From an uncultured virus (IMG/VR IMGVR_UViG_3300021399_000124) (Duplodnaviria > Heunggongvirae > Uroviricota > Caudoviricetes): DNA of 37,916 nucleotides. This document shows, one piece after another, positions 18,901 to 24,476 of this stretch. A model generated the notes under the pieces. It worked only from the letters and a program-made list of their open reading frames with translations. It searched no databases and had not been told where the DNA came from. Position 1 is the first letter of the stretch. Each line of letters opens with the position of its first letter. The stretch is from the IMG/VR virus record IMGVR_UViG_3300021399_000124, one strand, 5' to 3'. A program made the position numbers and the translations under genes.

Positions 18901-20035
18901 AAGGTTTGTCTTCAGTAGTAGCTTTAATATCTCCCCATTCGGATTCGTTAGTTGGCGCTTGTGTACCACTTGCACTAATCGCATACTTGATAGAAGTGGA
19001 AGAGACAGTCACGGATGTACCGTTTGCGCCGGGCGTTCCATGTGTTCCGATAACTCTTTTTTGCGTATCTTCTGAAGTATTATCTGTATATATGATAGTT
19101 TCATAATTCCACAGATACTTATTTGTATTATCAGTGGCAACAGGAGTATCAGACCATGTTTCTGGCGCTATAGTATTAGAAGATGAAGTCTGATAATGTT
19201 CTGTAATAGATAAAATACCTCTTCCCTCGGCTGCCGCTTCACCATCTCTGCCATACCGCCCAATAATCATCGGCTCTGTAGAAGAAATAGTTGAACCATC
19301 ACTGCCTATAATATCTTCATAAGTCCAAAGATAAGGATAATATTCTGTCATACTTTGAATAGTAGTAGACCAACCAGAATCTTCTTTAGTAACAGGACTG
19401 TCGTCAATCGTTATTAAATAATAATTGACAACATTATCAATAGACACGCCAGCCGAACCAGACTGCCCATCTCGTCCTTGAACCGCCACAGACCATGTAA
19501 TATCTTTTGTGAAAGTATGATGATCGGCGGTGGCAATCGTCAATGTAATAACACCCTGTGTTTTTGTTAATGCTTCAACAGGTGCAACTGAAATACTGAC
19601 AGTATGTCCGTTAATAGTTGTAACGATATCATTTTCAGTGTCCGTGGAAGCAGTAATACTAAAATCCGCAGGACTACTGCCTTTAAGCACGGTTACATTA
19701 CAAGTAAAATTCTGCGTATGAATCGGCACATAACTTGTATCAGTAGAAATACTGAAATTCTCATTAGAAAGCATTATCGTATACGCTGGTTCGCCATCCT
19801 CGCCCTCGATTTTCTTCCATTGATAATCCGAAACTTTTTTAGAGTCAGCCTCAGTAGAATCTTTATAAATGCCTATATATGCTCCAATGGTCTCACCATC
19901 GTTTGCTGTAAATGTAGCACCACCATCATTAGAGTATTTAATATGGATATAAGAAGAAGTACCTGGCGCACCCGGCTGTCCATTTGTACCATTTACAGTG
20001 ATAAGAACATTATCAACACTACTTCGTATTACCAA
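6911..20035 (-). CDS. giant modular tail fibre / host-specificity adhesin, ~4374 aa
   Basis: Single 13.1-kb ORF. Start is most likely TTG at 20035, because AAGGAGGTG overlaps the 20044 call. Contains DGKDG short-collagen linkers with YxHIKYS / YLWNYE / YLWTR repeats, coiled-coil stretches, five GGRNL...WTPAPED cassettes, and a C-terminal VAYISNKELNITNA motif typical of Gram-positive siphophage host-specificity proteins. Confidence 0.9.
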   Translation of the reverse strand: MVIRSSVDNVLITVNGTNGQPGAPGTSSYIHIKYSNDGGATFTANDGETIGAYIGIYKDSTEADSKKVSDYQWKKIEGEDGEPAYTIMLSNENFSISTDTSYVPIHTQNFTCNVTVLKGSSPADFSITASTDTENDIVTTINGHTVSISVAPVEALTKTQGVITLTIATADHHTFTKDITWSVAVQGRDGQSGSAGVSIDNVVNYYLITIDDSPVTKEDSGWSTTIQSMTEYYPYLWTYEDIIGSDGSTISSTEPMIIGRYGRDGEAAAEGRGILSITEHYQTSSSNTIAPETWSDTPVATDNTNKYLWNYETIIYTDNTSEDTQKRVIGTHGTPGANGTSVTVSSTSIKYAISASGTQAPTNESEWGDIKATTEDKPYLWTRTIVTYSDNNKTTSYSVSRQGIDGINGQDGKPGKDGKDGTSTYVHIKYSDVANPTDADLTETPSDYIGICHDSNLADPTTASSYTWSKWQGHDGKNGQPGAKGEDGTNSYIHFAYSTSSDGSQDFSPSSFDGALYIGILVDDILEDSTDYTDYEWSLIKGEDGTSVEITSTSVQYAISADGVNTPAQSEWKNAIPATTTEKQYLWTKTVVNYSDNTSTTSYSVARQGIDGINGKDGQPGTNGKDGTSTYVHIKYSAVANPTDSDMTETPSDYIGICHDSNVNDPTTASSYAWSKWLGEDGKDGTPGKDGTNGKSSYTHFAYANSADGSEDFSTSSFAGAKYIGIRVDEVKTDSTRYQDYTWNLIKGEDGNDGVSITSVVNYYLATSASSGVTKNTTGWTTTIQSIDETNQYLWNYEEVKGSNNTTISSTTPVIIGRYGKDGEPAEAGRGITGIVEHYQVSSSNTTAPTTWSNNPVATDITNKYLWNYETIYYTDDTSEDTKKRVIGTHGTPGTSVTVTSTEYKEGTSPTTVPTGSWSTTPVAVSEGNYLWTRVTYSDGKTSYSVAKQGVRGTSVTVTKTEYAYKLSTSGTVIPTGTWETTPQAPTTTQYAWTRTTTTFSDGSTAVTYTVGGKVGEKGSTGDNGRGIVSITEYFLLSDTDDASKITFPEVSDKHGWTTVGEALIWSKNKPYLWHCTEVVYENPSSTVYIDKYCDTSWKAADLVQSNLTDFQQGVDQIVDRDNQSIRSAVWENTYTYKPKKDAQGNYIYDEHGKIVPDTDNTTNMAQYMAETIYDMDGITSRVSSSESSIDSLGSRVSTAESTITQHATDIEAKVSKDGVIAAINLSTETEGGSTAKISADKVEINGTAIFNSIKDKTDEAYDTKGAASQAESNAKSAIPTKVSQLTNDSKFQTDTDVSETVEQINKETISRGEQLVTNGNGMTGDNTNFSKWIFDGSQSNGSPGSFTRIQKTYSNIASDEYFPVDPSKRYRFEFDLKSENNIATMYAMLIFFDVDKKSITASCTMWYPDTLTTLTQDLKDGDTVIHLANVSHYKTYGTGSHQRALTFWNYTNSFGYQYPSETYSRNSIFSAWTDDNSIDKQNNTISLASAYKGVTIPAGTYVSQGNSGATYKYSGIANKKVPAEWTHYVGYFDGTDYSGKNVTGMFPPGTAYCKVGFLWNNNSADDQIWVTNIAVYEDYKTDIQNALTTANAAAPKIDAINRQQRIYYRKTTSGAPSKNTTWLTTSGTGYDNWSLSIPPLTNGDTKYPYLYTAVQTQTVAQQAAGDACTCSDVLIDDTTTVIDGGNIITGTVTAREITADNLQGDHGWINLKDGKFYYGDKTTFDSASNAISWNGSKLQIKADEFLLASGKSIFDEVEAIETWFYATAPTTSNEPAKNWTTDNLKKMHLRDIYFDTNSGKSYRWAIDGTTYKWVEIEDKELSALAGRVATAETNISTNSEQIALRATKTEIANTYATKDSVPTSVTDLSDADNYATKDYADDAAGTAETNAKNDTTNKLKSYYTKTETDSAISQTAEGITTKVTKLETRSVGNYATSSTGAGTTAKVATIVPAVTGWELYNGAVMTVKFTAANTASAPTLNVNSTGAKPIKTYSGGNLSETEYKWDAGTTMSFVYDGTNWRIQDSSELTRLKNAETSISQNAEAISLRATKTEAQGYATTAENNAKDDTTNKLKSYSTTTEMNAAIELSASGITSTVSKNYTSKSDFNDYKTTNDSAVAEAKKAGDDAQASIDEYKGTVEETYATKSALTQTESSIKQEVSSTYTTQTTFGNYKTSNDEAVAAAKKAGDDAQSDLNSYKTTNDSAVNAVKSTAESAKSTAEATQTAFNEYIAPVAEKTYTDVYASAANDTAGRLYFGYVRPESFNQPWSVTYHISATIKGLTNYQTGEFDVTIMGARTGYYYYDIYNCHTSSDYRSLYSHLLYSLKEAGFNNGYRHLLGIRLYSSYDYAKSEHSRTFHITVTEAKNCEIEMADSMFLYSEAPGTGSTNYNTCSVFDGTTNGHTVTGDRNTTNQLYVAPVTVGAHSVFPYSLIMRDSDNTWSSFINAYTGTGTNKEVYTGGFLLGKVMYSAGSSTYTTGKITSTIYDAISVDARYSFNCGQTLIPNKALYLVGSIHDDGKYYVDETEWYTQEPPTEADGKTYIYLGTTYNKYSFYLSIDNPAYEFYDGEFRELTDVKISRSSKATLDILDDEITSKVNASETRTKEYTDGKMSQEVIDRNSAISQKATEITTSVSSTYATKDSLKTTSDNLADYISSNNSVLKTMQDQIDGAIETWFYTVDPTTSNEPAKNWNTTDLKNIHLGDLYYNTTTGHVFRWQLTENTYFWTEIEDTDARKALADAAKAQTTANSKRRVFVAQPTTPYDIGDLWVQGKSGDIMRCSTARASGSYTESDWVKASKYTDDSSLDSFKTTYNTKMEQTDSAIALRATKTEAQGYANTAETNAKADTTEKLKSYSTTTEMNSAIETKANEITSSVSTTYATKTSVPTKTSQLTNDSDFATESYADGKASDAETAAKGYADTQIGTAKTEIKQTTDNISSRVTKTEAKISGHYATSSTAAGTAAKAATITPTTSNWELYTGASVTVKFTNANTNASPTLNVNSKGAKAIKSYTGANLSEAEYKWVAGATITFVYNGSNWLMQDGGTTARISSAETTIQQTANNVLIKATQNDTTVAQGGQHIIDSLINVAPKGIKISADKVNIEGAAIFSSGGRLSEASLDAAYDTKGAASAVQTNLDNLEIGGRNLLIDTNAPSLTKIAAKSDRYWSNGGNLAEDGTAEFFEVTDAPVAGITYGVRLSATVERTEERLHGLTFYQQSTSRLTFETGQAYTMSCYIRLASGDANRFSLGLESGSSWTDVSHKYFTPTSNWQRISRTFIPETQGANKAVYFQMCYLNIGVIEICGFKMEKGNKATDWTPAPEDTDAAINTVQENLDNMEIGGRNLLRNTKDFAESTYSSTCTFEKDSEGITVITFPAYTGSVGWKGVTLHPNIPYTLIRNKTVTLSFWYRSDSWTLASGGHNIPLPSFEILANATDNPSGTQRLKYQTIYDSTVSAPTTEWQRFVRSYNITDSFFTAGSGTVTEDRYFTIQMFQHNLSQLQYKKIQLEIGNKPTDWTPAPEDVQDNIDNIRLTGKNLLTGTNTVTAITSTGTHDNRTWRKGGDGTGTITHIDVEDAPYNVIKNGWKFDVTSVKTTNYGSGLLVAQNAANVVAGKTYTMSCYAKGTGTLYMFCGITSYVPSDGSGKITVTSSWQKYSVTFTAPSNTAVVNANGTNVFFGASGTNISLSICGMMLEEGDTATLWSPAPEDITYEEQRIYYRSKVSTKPNGNALPTAWVTNTANKWNSAATNADGWSRKITPISNGKGEGVDKFLYLFTCTQSRSVSGNVTYSEILLDDSTTVIDGGNIITGTVTANQIAANAVTAEKIQGNSLSIGVFDTATQNSVLNSNLKVGGRNLIVNTNIIDLSSDATLPRIISQSVDTRHSGTITAAEHGIRTTVGSASRPAIRFGSNSADEATMNGLKAGGTYTISFDCAWRMISGLSSGTTSAMRVWIQDDRTTTGTLASSIVTTFGTATAGQEGSARCEGVFTIPDNVTMCNLYISAGNSSASAYAAGDYIELANIKLEEGNMASSWTAAPEDIDNDFNSSLNEINETISGIQIGGRNLIQNTNKVSLATQSVRPNINGHYNDGSHDHGNVVGVTNAPLAVAEHGVIATATSAECPRVQFGVSTNGTTDIERSRGCYGLIPGKTYTWSYDLRCDLFGAKKATSTTYVRSILYYGTEDAPSFVTNDDLWINAITYLSTEQGTEKFAHIEHTFTIPEDAIRIVLICRGSTTTTSYYATGDFLEMTNIKLEEGNRATAWTPAPEDFDSDIADVNSRVNETNEAISGLEQTVTGWLTFENAKLTIGQKEKNNIFRTEITGTEMSFWEDTTKVAYISNKELNITNATVKENLTIGKFIFRPHESKDGGMSLIWS
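7235..10098 (-). repeat. five direct ~20-28 bp repeats encoding W(T/S)(P/A)APED at cassette ends
   Basis: Copies at 7235-7255, 7922-7942, 8916-8935, 9473-9501 and 10070-10098. 7235-7255 is identical to 9473-9493 (21/21); 9474-9501 vs 10071-10098 is 27/28. Confidence 0.9.
17345..19450 (-). repeat. intragenic duplicated blocks A-B-B'-A' in the fibre N-terminal region
   Basis: A (~19035-19450) and A' (~17345-17775): VVNYYL...IIGRYG.DG...EHYQ.SSSNT.AP.TWS..PVATD.TNKYLWNYETI.YTD.TSEDT.KRVIGTHGTPG. B (~18410-19020) and B' (~17790-18400): YLWT...RQGIDGING...YVHIKYS.VANPTD.D.TETPSDYIGICHDSN...HFAY. Confidence 0.85.
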
Positions 20036-20057
20036 ACAAAACACCTCCTTGTGTTAT

Positions 20058-20528
20058 TTAATTCGTAGAGTTCATAAACATTAATAAATCTATTTTTCTA
20101 ACATCTACATCAGAAAGTTCATTGATTATATTTTCAATTTCGGATTCAATATCCAAAACATTGATTGCATATTCATTTTTATCTTGAAGGATTTCTTCGA
20201 TTTTTTCATTTGCTTCGGTCTGCTCGGTAACATAAACATCCATGTATTCTTCCTTTACCATTCTGCCATTCCCTTCATCATGAGAATACATATCACTAGA
20301 CCATTTATTGATAAATTCATCTTTAATCTTTGTTCTATATTCCTCAAAGCTTTGAGCTGCCGGACTGAGAATATCTATATTTCTTTTTAATTTCCAGTTA
20401 AGAAGATTTGAGAAATGATTTAAAATAGAATCCTTGCCGTCCTGCTGTGCCTTTACCTCGGAAATATAAAAAGCCACAATGTTGTATACTTCTGAAACTG
20501 TCAATTCTCTTGTTTCGATTTTTCCCAT
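20058..20528 (-). CDS. hypothetical acidic alpha-helical protein, 156 aa (possible fibre chaperone; loosely DUF1617-like)
   Basis: Start moved from 20606 to ATG 20528, which has GAAAGGA 8 nt upstream; the longer call runs through the structured element. Family resemblance is weak. Confidence 0.7.
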   Translation of the reverse strand: MGKIETRELTVSEVYNIVAFYISEVKAQQDGKDSILNHFSNLLNWKLKRNIDILSPAAQSFEEYRTKIKDEFINKWSSDMYSHDEGNGRMVKEEYMDVYVTEQTEANEKIEEILQDKNEYAINVLDIESEIENIINELSDVDVRKIDLLMFMNSTN

Positions 20529-20548
20529 AACAATTATCCTTTCATTAA

Positions 20549-20683
20549 CAAAAAACAACCTAGATACCTCGTGGCAGAATTCGGATAGTACCGATGAGTT
20601 TGCCAACGCTGACTTTAAACTGCATTAACGATAGTCAGACTATAATGTGATAATTTTGTCTTACCACGAGATATAAGGTTGTT
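20549..20683 (-). ncRNA. candidate structured cis-RNA / inverted-repeat element between tal and the 156-aa ORF
   Basis: AACAACCU-U-AUAUCUCGUGGUA (20683-20662) pairs with UGCCACGAGGUAU-CU-AGGUUGUU (20576-20554): 21 bp, both substitutions being G.U-compatible on the minus strand. Two inner hairpins and a 3' U-run are also present. Confidence 0.55.
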
Positions 20684-20693
20684 ATTTCTATAA

Positions 20694-23600
20694 TTAAACA
20701 GTTACCTCACAGTAAACTTGTCGATAAACATTATCCACACTAAGTGGAATGATTACATTCTGTTCATCTCCAATCTGAGTCCATGTGTCGCCACCATCCA
20801 AAGATGACATCCACTTGTAAGATTTTGGAGTAACTTCAGTCGATCCTTCATATACTTTACAAGTTCCGACAGTAGAAGAGGGGAGTCTGGACTCAGTAAA
20901 AGCTGTACCCTCTGAATATGTTAAAACTACAGAGTACGGAGAAGTTCCATCCTGCCCGTCTCTGACAGTGTAAATAGTGAATATATCATAAATAGAGCCG
21001 TCCGCATTTGTCGCTCTAATAGCCGCACTTTGCTTGGTATACATAAATGAACTCGGAATTGTGATAGACTTTTTATCAGCGGACACATATGTTGTATTCT
21101 CTACATTATCTATATACCAATGCGCAACAGTCGCATTATTCTTAGCATGGGCTGTCAGCGTGATAGAATTAGGAGTGATGTTTCCAAGTTGGTCTATTGT
21201 AAATACTTGGTCTCCAGTGATTTCGATACTATCAACCAGCGATGATAAATCTGCCAAACTTTGAGTGTTCAATTCCACTTGCTGTTTGAATGTAGTATAT
21301 TCCACACCAAACTTTCCGCCATCTCCCGTGTAGATATTGTCAAGATGAGTAATCACATTTCCGTCATCATCCGTCTCTATATTAAATGCAAGCCTATCAG
21401 TGCTGATTGTACCTTTCTTGACCATATCGTTTACAATCAATTCATTTGCGATAGCATCCGCATGAACACCCGTGGAATCAATCAAAAGATTTCCTTCGTC
21501 ATCATTAATGATGATACTCGGCTTAGAATTAGTGGCATATCCAATCTGAACACCAACATTACCATTCTTATCCTTAAACTGCATCGCAGAGCCGTTCATG
21601 ACAAGCTGTCCGTTTTCTGATAATATCCGTGCAGCATCTGATATAGTAATATCGCCAGCCTGTAAATCAGCGACCGACATATTGCCCGCAACGATATTTG
21701 TAATATAGGCTTGGTCGATAGTCTCTTTTGCTACATTGGCAGTATTAGCGGTGAGGCTATTGATAAATGCCTGATTAGCAAACAAATTGTCGATATTGGC
21801 TTTGGTAAAATTACCGAGTACTGCGCCTACAGAATCAGCCGTTACAACGCCCGCCTTCAAGTCATCAATCTTCGCACTATCCGCAGTTAGGATTTTCGTA
21901 ACAACATCATTTGCATTAAGCAAATCTGTATCAATCGTGCCAGAGGTTATCTTATCCGCACTCAAATTCTCAATATTGGCATCCTTGATATATGCTTCAT
22001 CACTATTGATTAGCTTTGTGGTAATTAACTCCGCACTAATATAATTACTGTACAGCGTTCGGAATGTCGCCGAATCAATCTTCGCAAAATCAGCCTCGAT
22101 AGTCGCATACTTCAGATAATCGCCAACAATAGAAGAAATCTCCGCCGAACCAGCAGAGATTGTAGAAGGAGATATTGCATTATTAACAGTGTTCTTGAAC
22201 AACTGCGTTTTCGCCATTAGCTGAAGGAGATTAGTAATGTACTCTTCGGAAGTATTTGCCCCGCCAGTGCCGGAAGAGATTGAATTTTTACCACTGCCAT
22301 TTGTCTCATTAAGTAAATAAGTAAGGTCATCTCGCCCAGATGCACCAGTAATCATGTTGGAAAATCCAAGATTAAGGTCTGGCTGTGTATCACACGGATT
22401 CCATGTCATCGATACGATTCTGAGTTTAACGGCATAATCATCACGGATGCCAACTCTGATATAATTACCATTCACGAAATCTGTTTCCCAATCTGCAAAC
22501 TCTTCAAGTCGCAGAAGATTGTCAAGATCGATATCAAAGCTATATTGTGGCTGTGCATACTCCACAAGTTTATCTGTTGCGTCCTTAAATAATTCCGCTT
22601 GAACATCCACTGTCGTCTGCGTTGTATCTATCGATGTCGTGATGATATTACCGTTAGAATAATCTGTATCGTGGAACAGCGTGTAAATCAGTTTGATGTC
22701 GTCTTCTGTAAAGCTGATTTCATTTCCATCAACATCTTCGCCGACCCAACCATCCAAAGTCGCATCCCGCACCATCTTATTACGCTTTTCCTGTTCTGTT
22801 TTTAATTCATTCTGTTTCTCTGCGATTTGTTCATTGACGATTTTTAACTGATACTTAATCGTATTTGGAGTATTTTCATCGCCAATTGCATCACGGGCGG
22901 CTATATACTGATTATGTTGAACATTATATGCAGAAGCACCGCCAGTATGACCTTCTTTTTCTTCGTCCGTCATATCTTCCCAATCTTTAGCATACTCTGC
23001 GAGAGATGTCATCTTATTTGTATGGTTTTTAAGTTCTGCTTCAAGTTCCTGTTGCCCATACAACTCCCACAATGCCTCGGAGCCTTCAACATCAATATAA
23101 TCTTTTTTCTTCTCATCTATTAAATACATATTATCAAGAGCAATCTGTATATTAGGTATTACATAAGTAATTATCTCATAATATGTATAGTATCCGCCGT
23201 ATCCATTCGCCAGGTCATGCAGGAGAGCAAGATACCTATCATCGTCAATCGTGCCATCCTGTTTCTTCCACGGAATATAATTACCCTCGCTGTCATACTG
23301 CGGATTATCATCTACGGACACTCGAAGGACATTCAGTTCCGCCTTGTACAAATCCATACTCTTATGGAGTTCATCCTCACGCAAGCCATCCCACTGCTTC
23401 CAATAGTCGGCATCGCTCGGCACTCTATATGTTAATTCCGAAATCGCCTCTTGTATTTGGGCAATCGTCTTGGAATAATTAGTAAATGTTTCTCGATTAT
23501 CGTCCCGCCACTTAGTCCATGCCTTAACTTTATCAATCAAACTTTGTGGCATATATTTTGTGTCGAGGAAGTAATCGAGGTTATAAATTCGCTCATCGCC

Positions 23601-24476
23601 GTAGTTAATATTGGCAACTGTTAATTCATTACTGTCCCCACCACGCACGTTGAATCTTGTGTACACGCTGTCTTCATTTGTAGTGACATCCACGCTGTTG
23701 ATTAGGTTACGAACACCAACATAAACATTTGTATCCTCGCCAAATGTATCAACGCTATATGCATTCACAAGATTATTGATTGTGTCGAATGTGAACACGC
23801 ATCTACAATATGGTGCGACAGTAGAAGTTAAGAAAGCATAGATATTCTGCGAGTCAACATCAAACTGAAATCTTATCTGATTTAACGAAGCATCTATGTG
23901 TCCGACCGACCAGCCCGGCATTTTCTCAAGCACCAAATCCATTAACGATAATTCTGGATCATTTACATTATAAAAAGTAACGTAGTTAAGAGGAAAACCA
24001 GTGTCTGCAATAGATGCCTGATTCGATGCTGCGAGTCGTTCCAACGACCCATCCAGACCCGTATTAACAGAAAATCCCACGAGGTCTTTATCTTCAAATT
24101 CTTTCTCGTTAGAATATGCAGAAATCTGTTTTGTTTCTTTCTCACCATCAAACGATGTTTTTGGTTCTTGAATCTGAAAATATCCGATATCTTCAAGATA
24201 GAGCAGGAGATAAACATTTATTTTATCATAATAATTTGATTCTACAAATTCGTTGATGCCCTTATCATGGTTATAAACATTAATATATCTATCCAAAGTA
24301 AAAGATAGTGTGTCGTAATCTTTTAGGTTTGACGTATATTCCACGCTATCAATTTCCACACCATTAAGCAAACACAAAATGTCTTTGTTTGGTCTGCATA
24401 AATAAATCTTTTTGTTATGCGCTATGTCAGCTTTACGCTCTGTGCGAATCTGATATTCCTCAGCAAAAGACATCAT
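20694..24476 (-). CDS. Tal / baseplate hub (prophage tail 'endopeptidase'-like) protein, ~1260 aa
   Basis: Follows TMP and Dit in canonical siphophage order; N-terminal hub-like motifs (IYLCRPNK, VYTRFNVRG, QPQYSFDID); central coiled coil; LSADKITSGTID beta-helix-like repeats; C-terminal Ig-like repeats. ATG 24476 overlaps the Dit stop (ATGA). Confidence 0.8.
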   Translation of the reverse strand: MMSFAEEYQIRTERKADIAHNKKIYLCRPNKDILCLLNGVEIDSVEYTSNLKDYDTLSFTLDRYINVYNHDKGINEFVESNYYDKINVYLLLYLEDIGYFQIQEPKTSFDGEKETKQISAYSNEKEFEDKDLVGFSVNTGLDGSLERLAASNQASIADTGFPLNYVTFYNVNDPELSLMDLVLEKMPGWSVGHIDASLNQIRFQFDVDSQNIYAFLTSTVAPYCRCVFTFDTINNLVNAYSVDTFGEDTNVYVGVRNLINSVDVTTNEDSVYTRFNVRGGDSNELTVANINYGDERIYNLDYFLDTKYMPQSLIDKVKAWTKWRDDNRETFTNYSKTIAQIQEAISELTYRVPSDADYWKQWDGLREDELHKSMDLYKAELNVLRVSVDDNPQYDSEGNYIPWKKQDGTIDDDRYLALLHDLANGYGGYYTYYEIITYVIPNIQIALDNMYLIDEKKKDYIDVEGSEALWELYGQQELEAELKNHTNKMTSLAEYAKDWEDMTDEEKEGHTGGASAYNVQHNQYIAARDAIGDENTPNTIKYQLKIVNEQIAEKQNELKTEQEKRNKMVRDATLDGWVGEDVDGNEISFTEDDIKLIYTLFHDTDYSNGNIITTSIDTTQTTVDVQAELFKDATDKLVEYAQPQYSFDIDLDNLLRLEEFADWETDFVNGNYIRVGIRDDYAVKLRIVSMTWNPCDTQPDLNLGFSNMITGASGRDDLTYLLNETNGSGKNSISSGTGGANTSEEYITNLLQLMAKTQLFKNTVNNAISPSTISAGSAEISSIVGDYLKYATIEADFAKIDSATFRTLYSNYISAELITTKLINSDEAYIKDANIENLSADKITSGTIDTDLLNANDVVTKILTADSAKIDDLKAGVVTADSVGAVLGNFTKANIDNLFANQAFINSLTANTANVAKETIDQAYITNIVAGNMSVADLQAGDITISDAARILSENGQLVMNGSAMQFKDKNGNVGVQIGYATNSKPSIIINDDEGNLLIDSTGVHADAIANELIVNDMVKKGTISTDRLAFNIETDDDGNVITHLDNIYTGDGGKFGVEYTTFKQQVELNTQSLADLSSLVDSIEITGDQVFTIDQLGNITPNSITLTAHAKNNATVAHWYIDNVENTTYVSADKKSITIPSSFMYTKQSAAIRATNADGSIYDIFTIYTVRDGQDGTSPYSVVLTYSEGTAFTESRLPSSTVGTCKVYEGSTEVTPKSYKWMSSLDGGDTWTQIGDEQNVIIPLSVDNVYRQVYCEVTV

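Noticed and set aside
4845..20035. Diversity-generating retroelement or invertase shufflon acting on the fibres
   Set aside because: No TR/VR pair with adenine-specific mismatches, no RT or recombinase in the window, and all cassette repeats are direct and in frame with no silent inverted cassettes.
20594..20650. 18-codon + strand ORF (MSLPTLTLNCINDSQTIM) inside the structured element, considered as a type I toxin or leader peptide
   Set aside because: Weak RBS, no hydrophobic TM character, length expected by chance.
20036..20693. Intron, retron or self-cleaving ribozyme joining tal and the fibre gene
   Set aside because: No group I/II core motifs, the ORF is not a homing endonuclease or RT, the hammerhead core is imperfect (CCGAUGAG, no matching GAAA), and both downstream genes have their own RBS.
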